From Lepidodermella squamata (Eukaryota > Animalia > Gastrotricha), in contig JBLDXI010000021.1 in the NCBI GenBank assembly GCA_047495785.1, positions 744,001 through 808,000 of the forward strand: a stretch of DNA of 64,000 nt. The letters run 5' to 3'. A program made the translations under genes and the position numbers. Below, one piece after another: positions 38,685 through 52,269 of this stretch (position 1 is the stretch's first letter; each line of letters opens with the position of its first letter). The notes under the pieces were generated by a model, which was not told where the DNA came from, searched no databases, and saw nothing but the letters and a program-made list of their open reading frames with translations.

Positions 38685-39960
38685 AGTTAAAATCTAAATA
38701 GGTATAAGATAACTTCAAGTTGACAGAAAATAAGAAGAACTATTTTTGTTCACATTTTTAGAAGCAAAGAAATAATTAATCGCATAATATTTTTAATGTT
38801 ATCGAATTAAATCGAAAATGTGATAAAAATTATTATTTTTTTGGCTCATACCCACCTAGTTTCTAAAATTATTAATTATGATGAGGAAGTTAGCGCTCTT
38901 TGATTGGTTTGTTTACATAAATAAACATAGGAATTATATATTGTGTCAGAAAGTCATTTAGATTCATGAACGTGGAAGAAATAAGATATAAATGTCTTTT
39001 TAACGACGTGGTTCCCGCTAATCCATCATTCCAAAGGTGCTTTTCTGCGCTGCGAAACTCCGAGATTAATTACTACGCGCACTATATGAGTTGTTTAGCG
39101 CATGTGCAGAAATGTATTAGGCTAGATTTTTCATACTGTTGCAAAATAATATCATTCACGTGTATTAGTAATAACGGTAATTCTGATTTCAACGCGGGCC
39201 TTCACAACTACTTCATAAGAGCTTGAGATACTCACCGCAACTGAGGCTACTTTTCGGATCCGTGTTGCCAGCCCTGTGAAATCGGAATGCGAAATACCGT
39301 GTATTGCCCGAAAAACTGTCCGCCGAAAAACGTCGGCATAATGAAACCAGACACAGATAATTTAGGCCCGAATTAGTAAAATCATGTCGGTTGAACTTGG
39401 TTCATGTTCAGGTTCACGTCCTTTCGTGTCTGACTGTGTGATTTTTGTCCAACTGGAAGGACTTTGACGCAATGGAATGTCTTCTAAAAGTATTAGCAGA
39501 AACTAATTTTTATTGTAAATTAGGGGTTTATTGTTTCATTTGGCGTATTTGGCGTTACGCTCAAGTCATCATTCGATTTTTACGCAAACCCGCCTAAACT
39601 TCGGATTTTGATAGATACATAGGTATCGAATTTCTCTGGACATCATAAATTGAGTCATTTCGGAATGACCGTTAAAATGGACAAAAAAATCTCCTGCGTT
39701 TTAACCTGATGGCGTCGGTGTCGTATTTCCATAGGTAAAAGTATTTTCAACTGAACCCGAGTTCGTCCCGCCAGCTTGCATGAGAAATACGTTTATAATG
39801 AGATGGATAAAATGGGGGCCTATATTATGCAGCTTTGTTTACTGCAGCTTATCACCAGTTTCGACGATTTCGCGCTCATGCTCGAGTGAAATTTGTTTTG
39901 CTCTATGCAATAAGGCCGAGTTACGCTTATACACAGCGGAATGATATCCGTTACGAAAAA

Positions 39961-41407
39961 ATGATATCAAGATTAAATCTCCATTATTTTACTTGCCTAT
40001 TAATTTTATTTCGATGCATCGAATCAAGTTCATTGGTGAATAATGTTTTGGAAGATGGAGGGTATGCTGAGAGTCGAACAGGCAAAGCCACTGATGGCGA
40101 GAAATCGGCGCTCGAGGCATTTTACAAACCATGCCCGTTCCCATGCCGCAATTTCACACAAGCATTCAAAGCTGAGGCTAATGCCATTCGATTTGTAGTC
40201 GACAGTGTGATAACGCTGATGAGCAACGGCTCGGGAGAAGATTTTGTGGTCAAGTTGGAAATCACACGGCTCTGTCGTTTCGACGTGACTGGCGATTTCA
40301 AATCAAACTTCATTCTAAGCATGTTTATTAAATTAGAAAAAACCGGAAAGATACAATTTGATTTCCTGCCTTAAGTAACGGCTGACGAAATGGAGCTGAT
40401 CACTTTGCCGGAGGTGAAAGGAATCTACGTGGCTGGTGTGGTGCCAAGTGATATTCACACATTCGCTGCCGATTACCGGCTGGTAACACCTTTGATTCCA
40501 GCATCTTCCAACTATCCATGGAAACATCTTTGCGCATCTTGCGGAGGCCTTAACATCTCAAACACGTTGGCGATTGATGCACGTTAGTGAAAACCAGATG
40601 ACGTAGCAATTACCGATAATCTTGACGCAAAACTTGGCACCAAACGCAAACTATTTTCAATTTTTTTAATGACCTTGATTTTTTTTTAATTGATGACCTT
40701 TTAAGTCAGGAAATCGCAGACTTTTATATTATAATTATCTGATTTCTTGATAATCATGAAATTCCCAATATACCTTGAAAATTCATTTTTGGTGATTTCG
40801 TTAAAACTAGGACCGTTTCAGTCAATAATGCGCGCAATTAAGGCGGATTTTATATGAGGAATATTCTAGCCGATTATTTTTTCGATTATTTTCAGATGAC
40901 GAAGATCGAATTGATGAATGTCAGTGTGGCGAAGACGTGCGCAAGGCTTGTGTTCACGTGACCATCGGAATCTCAGATGTCGCAATATATGAGCTGAACC
41001 CCCATCACGCTGTTCTGATGGTGATCATCGGCGTCGGTTGTTCATTTTGCGCTTTCGTGCTAATCGTTGGTCTAGCCTACTGGCGCTGGCGTAAATACAA
41101 AGAGCAACGGCGAATCGATCGATCGGTCATAGCTCGATCTAGAGGCTGCGAGCTTAACCACCCTGGCCCTCATGTTACCGGTCAGCCGCCACCAGTAGTT
41201 CTGCCGCGTAATATCATGACTCCCAAAGTGGTTGTCAGTCGGAATTCAAGCAACGATTTCGCTTCAATGTCACATCAAGACTTCGACCACCAAGACGTTA
41301 TGATGATGGGTGCATCAGAAGAGCGACGAGCTTCCTTAACACCCCTCCTCACTAACACAAACAGCCCACCGCCATCGCCAGCCCCAATTTACCGAAAAGA
41401 CCCTTGA
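39961..41407 (+). CDS. Uncharacterised type I single-pass membrane protein (~360 aa)
   Basis: Signal-peptide-like N-terminus; exons 39961-40318, 40376-40582, 40896-41407 (first intron GC-AG); Cys-containing ectodomain; TM VLMVIIGVGCSFCAFVLIVGLAY followed by WRWRKYK; P/S-rich tail. Confidence 0.7.
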
Positions 41408-42790
41408 GTCATATTATTATTTATATCAAAAATAACCTTAGATCAGCATTACGGCTAGTTGAGCCTATTAGGCTGGTTTTAGCAACGCCCATATAGAAAC
41501 AATGAAGTAATAACTAATAACGAGTAAGATGAAAAAGATTAGAGCTACAAGCAATAAATCAATTTTATGATGCTTTTTTTAAACAAAAACGTCCGTGAAA
41601 ATATTTTTCAAGAAATAAATAAATGCGAGGCTGTCGATTTTCAGTTATCAATTGAAAGAAATAATATCAAAAATAGCATAATTAAAGCACAGAAACAGGA
41701 ACAGCTGGTGAAGCCGGAGTTTTTTTTATCGTTGATGTGCTATCAGGTAGGAAGGTCAAAGGTCAAACAGCGAGGCGCTAACTTATATAGGCCATGCCGG
41801 ATGTAGCAGGCTATTTTTTTCATGTTTTTTGTCTGTCAAAGCCAAAGCTTTCAAAGCGACCCAGCAACCGAATCTATAACTGAACGGGATCTGCAGATAT
41901 TTAAAATTCCGATAAAACGCTTTGACGAAAGGAACAATGCTTTCTTCCATTAGCTTTTGCATTATAATATTCTCAAAAATTCAAACTTCACCATCAATTT
42001 TGGGGTCAAGTTCGCTCTGAGCGTAAAAATGCAGAGCTCACTAATTCGGCCTGATCAGGTCATACAAATACTACTTGAATTTAAAGAAAATAATTACCGT
42101 ATCTGGAACCATTTTTTTTTTACCAATTTTCGAAAAAACGGAAGCAGCCCAAAATCAGCAAATAACAATGTGTCCCAATGCTTGAAATGAGTTTGACGGA
42201 AATGAGAATATGTAAAATAGTACATAACTTTATCATGTATTAACTGATATATCTATTCATTTTCCTCAGCTGTACTTACCAGCGATTGCGACGTTCTGTG
42301 TAAATACTACACTGTTTTTATAGGCGTTTCATCCTCACTAGCTTTTGCGTTAATTATATCACACCTGTGAATATGTTCCCTAGTATTTTTTCAAGGAGCG
42401 ATTAATTAATTATCAAGCCCCACATTGCCTTATTCACAGCGAATGTATCCATGCTCATTTGATATGATTTGCATGAATTGATATTAGGGTTGAAGTCAGC
42501 GATTGGTGCGTGGACCACAAGCAGCGCTTGGTTTGATATATACATGCTAAAACAGCACACTTTTGCCTCAGATGCGCAGTAATATTTTCGGCAACACTGA
42601 CATAAACAATTACCCCAGTTCCAAGTACATAGAATAAATGGTTCACCATATGATTGATAGCACGAAGTCTGTGACTTTCCAAATCACACAAAATTATTAT
42701 GAGTGGACTTTGTATCAGGACGATTATAGGAATTTGTATTATTTACGTGCCAAAAAGTGCCACGTGTTTGGCACAAGCTTTTCTTTTCTT

Positions 42791-43291
42791 TAGAGCTAAA
42801 CAATAATCGAATATCACAGCTATGAAAATCAGGTGAATGGGTTGGAATAAAATGGTTAGTAGTTATATATTTGTAATCAAAACAATGTCATAAAATGTAT
42901 GACATTTGGTGTCGCTGCCACTAAAAGAGGTTAAGCAAATCAGTAATTCCTTAATAGTGATATTTTTATACCATTTTGTAGCTTGTGACCTATACTACCT
43001 TATATTGTTGTTTTCTACTATCTCCTAAAATGTCAGCTGTTTTCATGGGAAAACACCCTCGGATCATATGGCGCTACGTGGCACAGTCATGTGACATTAC
43101 GTGCTTTTCTTTTGATCGCAAATTCATAAAAACTGATTTGCTTTATGTCTAAATGGTAGCGACACCAAATAGTGTCATACATTTTATGACATCTTTTCGA
43201 TTAAAACTAATGGTTATATTGCTAGCCATATATTTCCAGCCCATTTACCTGATCACTTCATAACTGTGATATTCGATTATTTTTAGCCCTA
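42791..43291. mobile_element. Foldback-like MITE with ~155-bp terminal inverted repeats
   Basis: 42791-42945 (TAGAGCTAAACAATAATCGAATATCACAGCTATGAA...TGTCATAAAATGTATGACA..TTTGGTGTCGCT..AAGCAAATCAGT) is the imperfect reverse complement of 43131-43291. Confidence 0.85.
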
Positions 43292-43310
43292 TAGGAACGA
43301 TTTTATGTAA

Positions 43311-43487
43311 CACCGTATTTGTTCCAATAGTAGCCCATCCACCAATATAGTAGCCCAGGGTTGAGGAGGTCAAGTCGGTTCGAAAACATAAAAAATGAAC
43401 GATTTACCAATTATTATTTTTCAAAATTTTCAAAATGTCGAGGTTGAAATTTTGGTAGCCCGGGCTGCTATAGGAACAAATAGGGTA
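43311..43487. mobile_element. Short MITE (pogo/Tc1-like TIRs)
   Basis: Left CCGTATTTGTTCCAATAGTAGCCC versus reverse complement of right end CCCTATTTGTTCCTATAGCAGCCC; internal repeat of AATATAGTAGCCC. Confidence 0.75.
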
Positions 43488-43598
43488 TAAGTATATGTAG
43501 GAAATTGATCAGCGGATGCCTAATAATACCTATATAGAATCGCTTTTACCTTCCTTTCATTCTCATTTCAGAGTTTTATTGTTACTGAAAAGCGTGAT

Positions 43599-44887
43599 AT
43601 GGCCGATTTTGCTGGTGTCTTGGTAAACATGCTGGCGAATTTTTTCTGGTTTTTGTTGCTGATATATTCACCCGATGCGGACAAAGTCAGTTTCAATATC
43701 ATTTTTTCGAAATAATCATCTGAAATTTGCATACTGATATAGACCGCTGCACCGAACGCCTTTCTTATTGACATGAATAACGTGAGGGGTTACTTCAAAA
43801 GAAGTCAATATTGGCAACCAATGAACAAAACATCTACGTCAAGCATTAAACATCCGAGCCTACAGAACGTTAACGAGGTTGTATCCCTCAACGACAGCAC
43901 TGTGGCGTTCTTGCTATCAAAAGAGGGACACGTCGGGGTACTTAAATTTGAATCTGATAAGCCCCAGAGTTAATTATCGGTTAATAATCCAATTAGGTTC
44001 TTCGAATGGTCAACGGCGAAGTTTCAATGAACGAAACTTTCCGGTTAATCATGCCGCCGAATGTTGGGGCGAGGGGTGGAATTCGGCATGCTGTCTACGA
44101 CACTCTTACCAACAGGCTGTTTTTAACGATAGCAGACAATACGGGCACTGCCATTTTCTATTCGGAAAAAATAACGTATCCGCGTTTGGATGGCAGAGAA
44201 ATGGCTCTAAATTGCTTTATTCGGTGTTCTGCAAAAGATCGCGAGTTTCGAGGGATCAGCGTGGACAACACGCGGTGGCTGCTATTCATCGCCGAGGCGT
44301 CGATTTACGGCAAAAACGACGGCTCAATCGCTGTTTGGAAACTGTCTGATCTAAAAGACGGAGTTACTAGCTGCAAAGATGTTAAACAGAAAGCTCCCAC
44401 GGCTGAACTGAAGTCATCACCCGATTTACCATTCTTGCCACATAGCTGTGCTTCGTTTGACAATTACATCGCGGTATCGGATCATGCTAATAATTCTGTT
44501 CTCTTGTTCAAGTTGAACGAAGATGGGAAGGACGCCGAGTGTAACAAGCCGGTTCTTGTTCAACCAATTGCAACACTGGGCAACAGTTCCGGGCAAGTTC
44601 GGGAGCCTTGGGGCGTCCATTTCGATCCCGCTGGGAATCTCCTTGGTATTAAAATGGCCATTTTCTTCTGAAATTTTTACGAAAATTGTATTATTTCAGT
44701 TGCCGATAGAGGGAATAAGCGGTTTCAGCTGTTCCATTCTCCCGATTCGTCTCCGACTAAATATACATCTGTATGGGAGTCTGAAAAACTGACTTATCAT
44801 CCGAAATCAGTCGCCGTTCTATCAGACGGCATTCATTTCAAAGTTATCGCCGCATTGTTTCCGCGCCAAGTTTTAATTTTCGGCTAG
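43599..44887 (+). CDS. NHL-repeat beta-propeller protein with N-terminal signal/anchor
   Basis: Exons 43599-43685, 43743-43937, 43997-44645, 44700-44887. NHL-type blades IAVSDHANNSVLLF and EPWGVHFDPAGNLLVADRGNKRFQLF; hydrophobic N-terminus. Confidence 0.75.
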
Positions 44888-44989
44888 ATTTTTGAAATAA
44901 TTTTCTTGAATTCTATATAATACTAGTTGCCTGAAATATACATGTGTTAAAAAAATGTTGGAGCTTTTTATTTCACGGTTTTATACTGT

Positions 44990-46338
44990 TTAAAATTTGA
45001 TATGAGGCGACCGGCAAGTACCGAGGTGACTTTTGACATCTGGTACCGTTTTACTGACGTCGTTCTTAAAAAGACGCTTGCATAGATTGCTAAACCCGAA
45101 TCGAGTTGATTTACAGTCATCCAGTAATGAGTAATTTTCATGCCATTTGAAAAACCGCGCAACTTCGTCGCTTCTCGCCGGATCTTTCAGCCGTTTTAGA
45201 TAGTCAGCCAAACTGTCGGATGTGTCAAATTTATCGGCATCGATGTAAGAACCAGCCGGCGCTACAATCGAGTAATCCATCGCGCCGAAAACAATAGGAA
45301 TAACACCGTATAACAGACTTGCATTGAGTGCTTTGAAAAACTTTTCGGTGATCTGCGATACAACAATTGGCAATTGAAAAATATTTTTAAGGAAGATAGG
45401 AATTTTCATACGTAGTCGTCGCACAAGGAGTTTTCGGCGGCGAAATAGTACCGATATTGCGAGTAAAACACTTCCTCAGTGAAATTTGCGATAAATTCCT
45501 CCGGTCTATGTCCCGAGCAGCTGCCCCACGAATCTACAACTAGGCCATTTTTCTTGAAAGACTCAAAAAGACCGTCACGATTGCTGCCAGCCCTATTTGA
45601 AATTGGAATACACCTTGGCGAAATTTCGGCCATAAATTCTTACCCGCAGTGACTGACAATCCATAGCACATCTTTTTTCCGTGTAGTGAAAGAATTTGTG
45701 AAGTTCAAAATCTTGGTTTCCGAGCTGACAAGTTTGTTTTCAGGGACGACCTGGCAATATGGAAACCAGATATCAGACTGAGCGGTGTAAGTCATTGTCA
45801 GGTTAATTTGCAGGTTGTTAACTGAGTTCCAAGTTTCATCTGATAGTCTATAGAGGGAAATTTAACTAAAAAAAAATGGAATTGACTTTTACGGAACTCA
45901 CCCGCTGTTAGGAGGGGCTTCAAGCAGGTAAAATACCCAGCTTTGATTTGGCTGCCTCTTTGGAGGTAAATCAATAAAATTGATATCTCGTCCATGGAAA
46001 ACCAATCCGTTAGAATTCTCGAGATACGTTCTGTTTGTTGTTACCCAGCACGATCGATTGTTATCGACGTGGACTGTATCGCTACCAAGCTCAGCAAAAT
46101 GACTCGCCCAAGTATCGGAGAAATATGGTGTCCATAATAGAATGATTCTATGATGTAGTCTTCGATCTTTATCTTCCAAGCTTTCCATCGTTCTCAGCAC
46201 GAGTACGTGGCGAAGTTTCATCGAATGAGATGTCCAGGCAAAGACGATAAAAATGCAGGCGAGGCTGGTAATAACCAATGATGCGGCAATTTTGTACCAA
46301 ACTGTTGCCTGTTTTGGCTCAGGGAAGCCTGCCGTCAT
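44990..46338 (-). CDS. Alpha-1,3-fucosyltransferase (GT10), copy A
   Basis: Type II N-terminal TM; IILLWT, LVFHGRD, QSWVFYLLEAP, NLTMTY, WIVSHC; GT10 signature YRYYFAAENSLCDDY/ITEKF, VIPIVFG, SYIDA; four exons. Confidence 0.92.
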
Positions 46339-49300
46339 TTGCCGCCTAAAATCGAAAACAGTAAAATCATAATTGCATCACAACCGGGCCCATGATCTAG
46401 AATAAGATTCTTGTCAAAATGAGGTGACAGGCGACTGCTGTGTAATTATGCAGCGATTAACTATAGGTACTACGCCTCATTAAATTATTTGGTCGACGCA
46501 AAAAGCACGTTATATAACATGCAAAAACTGTATTTACACACGCGTATGCATTGTTTCTAGGTGGAAATACCTGCATTATGCCCGCAGTCCTTCAGTAAAT
46601 CTGAGTTTTTTACGAGGTAAATATTGAAACAATGACCATATTTGGACGGCTCAATCAATGGGGGGCAGACGAGATGGCAGAAAACTCAACCCGAAAGGTT
46701 GAAAGCAGAGGCCAGTTTCTTAGTCTCACGAGATGGGAATCTGAGTGCGCACTAAAGATCGGAAAAAGAAGCAAATGAAAAGATGAAAACTCCTTAATTT
46801 CAATTCCTTATTTGCGAACATTCAATTTTCTTGGATTTTTCATTCAAATTTTCTAAGATCGACCAGAGCGAATTTTAAGCGAGATCTGGGCACACTTGAA
46901 GCGCGTGTTATCAAAAATTTAAATCTTCAAAGTAAATATTGGCCGGTGACTGGTCAAACGGAAGGGACATTGGTAAGGAAAAACATTATGAAAAATAGTT
47001 GTCGATTTTTACTTGAATTTTTTTCTAACAAATTACGAGGGCATTTTGACATTTGAGCGAAAACACATGAGTGTATAGCTAGTTGGAATGCCACGAGGAA
47101 AAAATGTAGCTATGTAACTCTTGCCGAGAGCGAAGAAATAAAAATAACACGACGGCTACGACGAATAGAGCCTAGAGCTGTTGCACACGGGGACACTATT
47201 TTTAAGCAGGGAATGCGCTGGCAGTTATACGAACCATAGCAATGGCAACAAAGTTGTATCTGTGGATTAAATACTGATTCATAGTGCAGGCCTTTGAAAA
47301 AGCAAGCTTCAACCCAGTAGTTTTATACTACCGCGTAGGCTGTAGGCAAGAGGAGATGTAGGTATATGCTGCAAGATGGTTAACAGATGGTTACATGCCA
47401 TTTAACTTGAATAGAATAGGTGTTATTCATCGACAAATGCTCCCAAGTATAGATGCCTCTGCCACTAGATTAAAGAACATTCATCATTTCTCACCACATG
47501 TCCGATATTTTGAATGAAACAGAGACACTGCCAGTTTTCTTACATCCGAGAAAATGAAATAGGCCACAAAATCAAAGTCTAAGTCCGTTTTACTGCTATT
47601 TTATTTTACGGGTCGCGGATCGTATGATGGCGCGGTCGTGGGGTCGCGAAACTCTAAAGCGATTTCTAATAAGAATAGCTGTGCTTCCATCATTGAAGAC
47701 CCTCCTTTATTACTTGATATTAACACGAACCACAATATTAGCAAGTGAAGATGGGCAATTGAGAAATGTAAGCCAACACGTGCAATGTGACAATTTTTCT
47801 TGATTGCTTCATTTCGACTGCTACTGCGATTATTGCGACCTCACCACCGCACCACCAGCCCACCACTTACATGCACACATAAAAGCTAGCAATAAAAACT
47901 AGCCGATGATTCATCTGGGTCACTATGCACTACCCAGGACTAGAATGCCTAAAATGTGGCTGCGATGTAGAGGATGAACAAGGAGGATGCGTTCGAACTA
48001 ACTCAATTCAGCCCCGACCTTTACTCGCTATGATGAGCTCTTGTATAGGTATGCGCAATTTCTTGAATAGGTTCATTCAAGTGGCTGTTCGTACCTATTT
48101 ATGTACGCCATTTTGGCTATACGTTAAGGAATAGCAAATATCGCTTATGTATAAATAGCCTAAATCTTCAAACTATTAAAAACCATGGTTCATGCCGGGC
48201 AACTAACCTGTAAGTAAATGCCCTCGATATCATTCAAATGGAGGTGCATGAATGAGCGGCATCTACTATGGTTCCTTGTAATAAAAAACGAGCTGAAAAT
48301 CGGAGTAAAGTTAGGTGGTGGCGAAAGCTTACTCCTGACATGGAGAAGGAACAAGAGATCCAATGATGACAGAGCATCGCAGGTATATACATAATTTCAC
48401 GGAAGTCGCAGTATAATCTTGTCACCGCGATTTTTATTGCGTGTTCGCCTAGTTTAATACTCCAGCACTGATTTACGTACAAGTTAAAAGCAACATTATT
48501 TTATGTCGCGCATTTCTCCTTTTACTTATATTCAAGTCGTTCTTGATAATCGATCGCGCATGTTTTTTGCTTATTAAGAGGTATATTGCCTATATTATTA
48601 AGAGTTTTAGATCATGCTATTAAGCTATTGTCGCTTTGCGTTTCAAAGGAACCTTATTTATAAGGAAAATTCATTTCAGGATTAATCCGCTATTCATTTT
48701 CATTGAAATAAATAAAAAACTAGCGGCTCCTTTGAAAAACATAACGACGACAGCATGCTATTGCTTAGATACAGAGGTGTGAGATAATTTGATGGGAAAA
48801 TAACTGTTTTTCAAAGATCTCAGGTCACTGGTCACTGGTATAAGCCTCTGGTCCGTTTAATTTTCTATCGAAGGGTCAAAGCCCGGTCAAAAAACAGATG
48901 AAATACATTGATGCAATGGTCGCAGATCTGGATAAAGGGCTATTTTACTCGACGATAAACGAGGATAATTCATCGTATAAATCGCCATGTTTCGTGCGCA
49001 TTTTTTAAACGTAAAAATCGTGGATCAAAAGATTTGCAAATCACGCGATAGAGAAGTTTATTGCGCAGCTTATCCTCTCCCCACGATTTTAGTCCTTAAA
49101 CCTTTTTATGCACAAACCTAATATCCAAGGTTCAACGGGCAGAACCAAAATGAAATGGGCAGGTATTGGTCTTCTAGGCTGCGGCTTAACCTCGACATTA
49201 ATAAGTGCCTTCTAAATCGGATTTTAAGGTAAATAAAAGGAAAAAGAATACGACTTTTAAAGCTATGTAGGATGCTATAGCGTATGATGAAATTTTATAT

Positions 49301-50013
49301 TACGCAGAATTCAATAAAAATCTACGGCATAAACGCGTTTCATAGACTCTCAAGACGTTATTTTTATCCGATGGCGGCTACTCATTTTACTACGGCAGCA
49401 GGCGCGCTTCATAGGTGCCAAGCTGAGCATTTATTTTCAATCACCTAATGTCGCGTTATTTCATTAGCAGGATGTATTGTCGCGCCGAACTTCAGTTTTA
49501 CCGCCAGGCCGCATGCCATGGCGCGTTCGCTATATTTAACAAGTGCACGCGCTCAAACACGTCGCCGCGGTCGACGCAAAGATGTGGGATCAATCTCAAA
49601 GGGCAGGTCATGGTCTATGGGCTTGCAGATATAGAGGATTGCTGTTTTGTTGAAGGGACTAACCTCTGATCGCCACGAGCCAAACATATTGCGATCTGCG
49701 ATAAATCGCTTTGCCGGGTAAACATTTTAATCACACCAGTGTCCGAGCTTGTTAATAATTTATCAAAACTAAGCAAAAATAATTAAGCCCGAAAGGTCCA
49801 TGGCACAGCCTCACAGTCATAAGATTAAATTATGATGAAGCTAGGCAAAAATATTATAATTTTGGCTGCGTGACTACACGCAAAATATTGTATTCATGCG
49901 GGAATATCTTCCTTCATGATGCGAGAAAAAGCATTTCAACTGGGAAAAATTGCTTCAGCTCAAATATGCGGAAAAATTAGACTTGTCCTCTCGCATTCTT
50001 TACTTCGAGCAGT

Positions 50014-51516
50014 TCAACTTTGTATTAAAGGTACAAAAATTAGCCAATAAAAATGACAAATAAAAATAGCTGATATTTGCAAAATGTTAAGCGTATCACA
50101 ATATTTCGATATATCGTTTGAAGTTTTTATATTTGGATCTCTGCACCGTCCCAGGTATGACCTTAGTTCTTTCGCGAATGTCCCACGCGATTCTTTCTGA
50201 TCGAAAAGTTTCCGGCACAAATTTGTGAAGCCGAATTTAGGATAAATGCAATTGTCCGCGAGGTTAAATTGTTTCTGCCACTGGAAATAACTCCTCACAC
50301 GTTCGACATTCTCCTGCCTTTTTAGGGAATTGAGAAATTGAGCTAATTGAGTGACGTTGTTGAACTTGTCTGCATCGATAAAAGAACCTTCAGGAACCAA
50401 ACGGGTGTAGTTATCGCTGCCGTAAACAAGAGGTATCAAACCATAGTTGAGACTGGCGTTGAGCGCAGTTGCAAGTTTCTCCGAAGCCTGCATGCAATTG
50501 AAAAATTCAGAGTTCTAGCCTTTTTGTTTTTCCCTTTTTCTTACATAATCTTCGCATAGCGAGTTCTCAGCCGCGAAATAGAATCTGTATTGCGAAAATA
50601 GTTCGTCCGCTTTGCTGTCTAAATCTTTGACACGCCTTCCCGTGCAAGATCCTAACGACTCGACAGCGATGCCAGCATCGTCCAAAGCGTCCGCGAGATC
50701 TTCCCGATGGCTGTCAGTTCTGGATTAAAAGAAATTATAATTGTCTCAAAACGATGGAATACAGCATTCATCCTTACTTGCAGTTGCTGACAAACCAAAG
50801 CACGTCTTTCTGCCTTTTACTAAAGGACTGAGCGAATTCCTCAATTTTTCGATCAATGTCGGTTAGTTCTTCACTGTTTCCTGGTTTCCAAGGCGCCAAA
50901 TGGCAGTAAGGTTCCCAAACATGAGCTTTCGTTGAGTAGGACATCGTCCAGTTGAAAAGCAACATATTGACCATTTTCCAGCGATACTCTGAAAGCCTAA
51001 ATTAATTTTTTTTATTTATGTCAAATTTTTTGAAAATTTTACTGACCCACTATTTAAGGGTGATTCTAGTAAATAGAACACCCATCGTTGATCTGAAAAT
51101 CGAACATTCGGTAAATCGTTGAGCTGTAGATCTCGCCCATGGAGAACTACAGCATCAGCTTGGGGTAAATAATCTCGTCGTGTTGTGACTATGCATCGTT
51201 GCCCTTCCTCTAAGCCGGGTAATGAGTTTCCGCCGAAGTCGCGAAAGTGCGTCGCCCAGGTTTCATCTCCGAAAAATTCAGTCCATAGCAAAATTGTTTT
51301 AGAATCGCTGTTTTTTGCTGCCTCGCGATGCTCGATCAACGGGCCAACTGGGAATGGAATGTTGAAGATTTTTTCGGCGAGGAAAGAAGTCGAAAAAGAG
51401 CGGTACAAGGCCTTGTAAGCAGGCTCGATGAACGGGGAAAAACTCAGGAACAGAATGGATAAAAACAAGATAGCGAGGAAAGCTCGAAGTTGCTTTGCTA
51501 CGGAGTAGGATACCAT
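50014..51516 (-). CDS. Alpha-1,3-fucosyltransferase (GT10), copy B
   Basis: Same exon layout as copy A; TILLWT, AVVLHGRD, QRWVFYLLESP, FNWTMSY, WFVSNC, YRFYFAAENSLCEDY/ASEKL, LIPLVYG, SFIDA; extra hydrophobic C-terminus. Confidence 0.92.
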
Positions 51517-52071
51517 CGCCCCACATATCTCCCATATTCCACCATACTTATTGGTTGTATTTAATGAAATTCTAAAACGTTGCATATCAAATTGAAAGTG
51601 ATCTTGAGAAAATTCGAAAATAAATAAATGCGACTATATAGCGGATTCATACACATTTAGTGAATGTTTTGAATTACTTGTAGTGATTGAAAATCTTGAG
51701 AGATTATTTCTCCGGCCGTCTAGAGACCGTGTTAATGTTTATTATTCAAGCAAGGGACCTTAAGTTTAATAATTTATGAATATTTACGGATATTGCCACA
51801 AAGGGAACTTTGACGTAATGAAACCACAGGCACGGGAAGTAATAATTTTTATATCGAAAATGGCGTGCATTTTTCTGTTAGGAGCCACATGTTTACTCAA
51901 TTTTACACACTACGATGTAAGGTGCACGGAATCGATTCATACCTACATGTCATGGTCGCTGCACGCGTTGAATAGAGTAAACCTCTTTCATTTAACAAAC
52001 AATACATGTAATGAAACTGCTGCAAGCTGAAATGTAGCAGGTGCATATTTTTACAATAAAATGCGAAACTT

Positions 52072-52251
52072 TAGGGTAAAGTGCCCCAAACTGCAAAAAA
52101 AACTCTGAAGCAGTTTTTGAATTTATGGGAAAATGGTGAGCTTTTCCAATATTTCCTTTTGGAGCCATGCAGTTCGAGGGCTAAGACACCCTAAAAAAAG
52201 TTCACTTCAAAAGTCTGCAGTTTTTTTGCATATTTGGGCCACTTTACCCTA
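52072..52251. mobile_element. 180-bp MITE with TA-flanked TIRs
   Basis: TAGGGTAAAGTGCCCCAAACTGCAAAAAAA ... TTTTTTTGCATATTTGGGCCACTTTACCCTA. Confidence 0.85.
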
Positions 52252-52269
52252 CGACCGAGAAATTTAAAA

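Noticed and set aside
46400-50000. Short ORFs between the two fucosyltransferases
   Set aside because: No splice-consistent model or recognisable domain.
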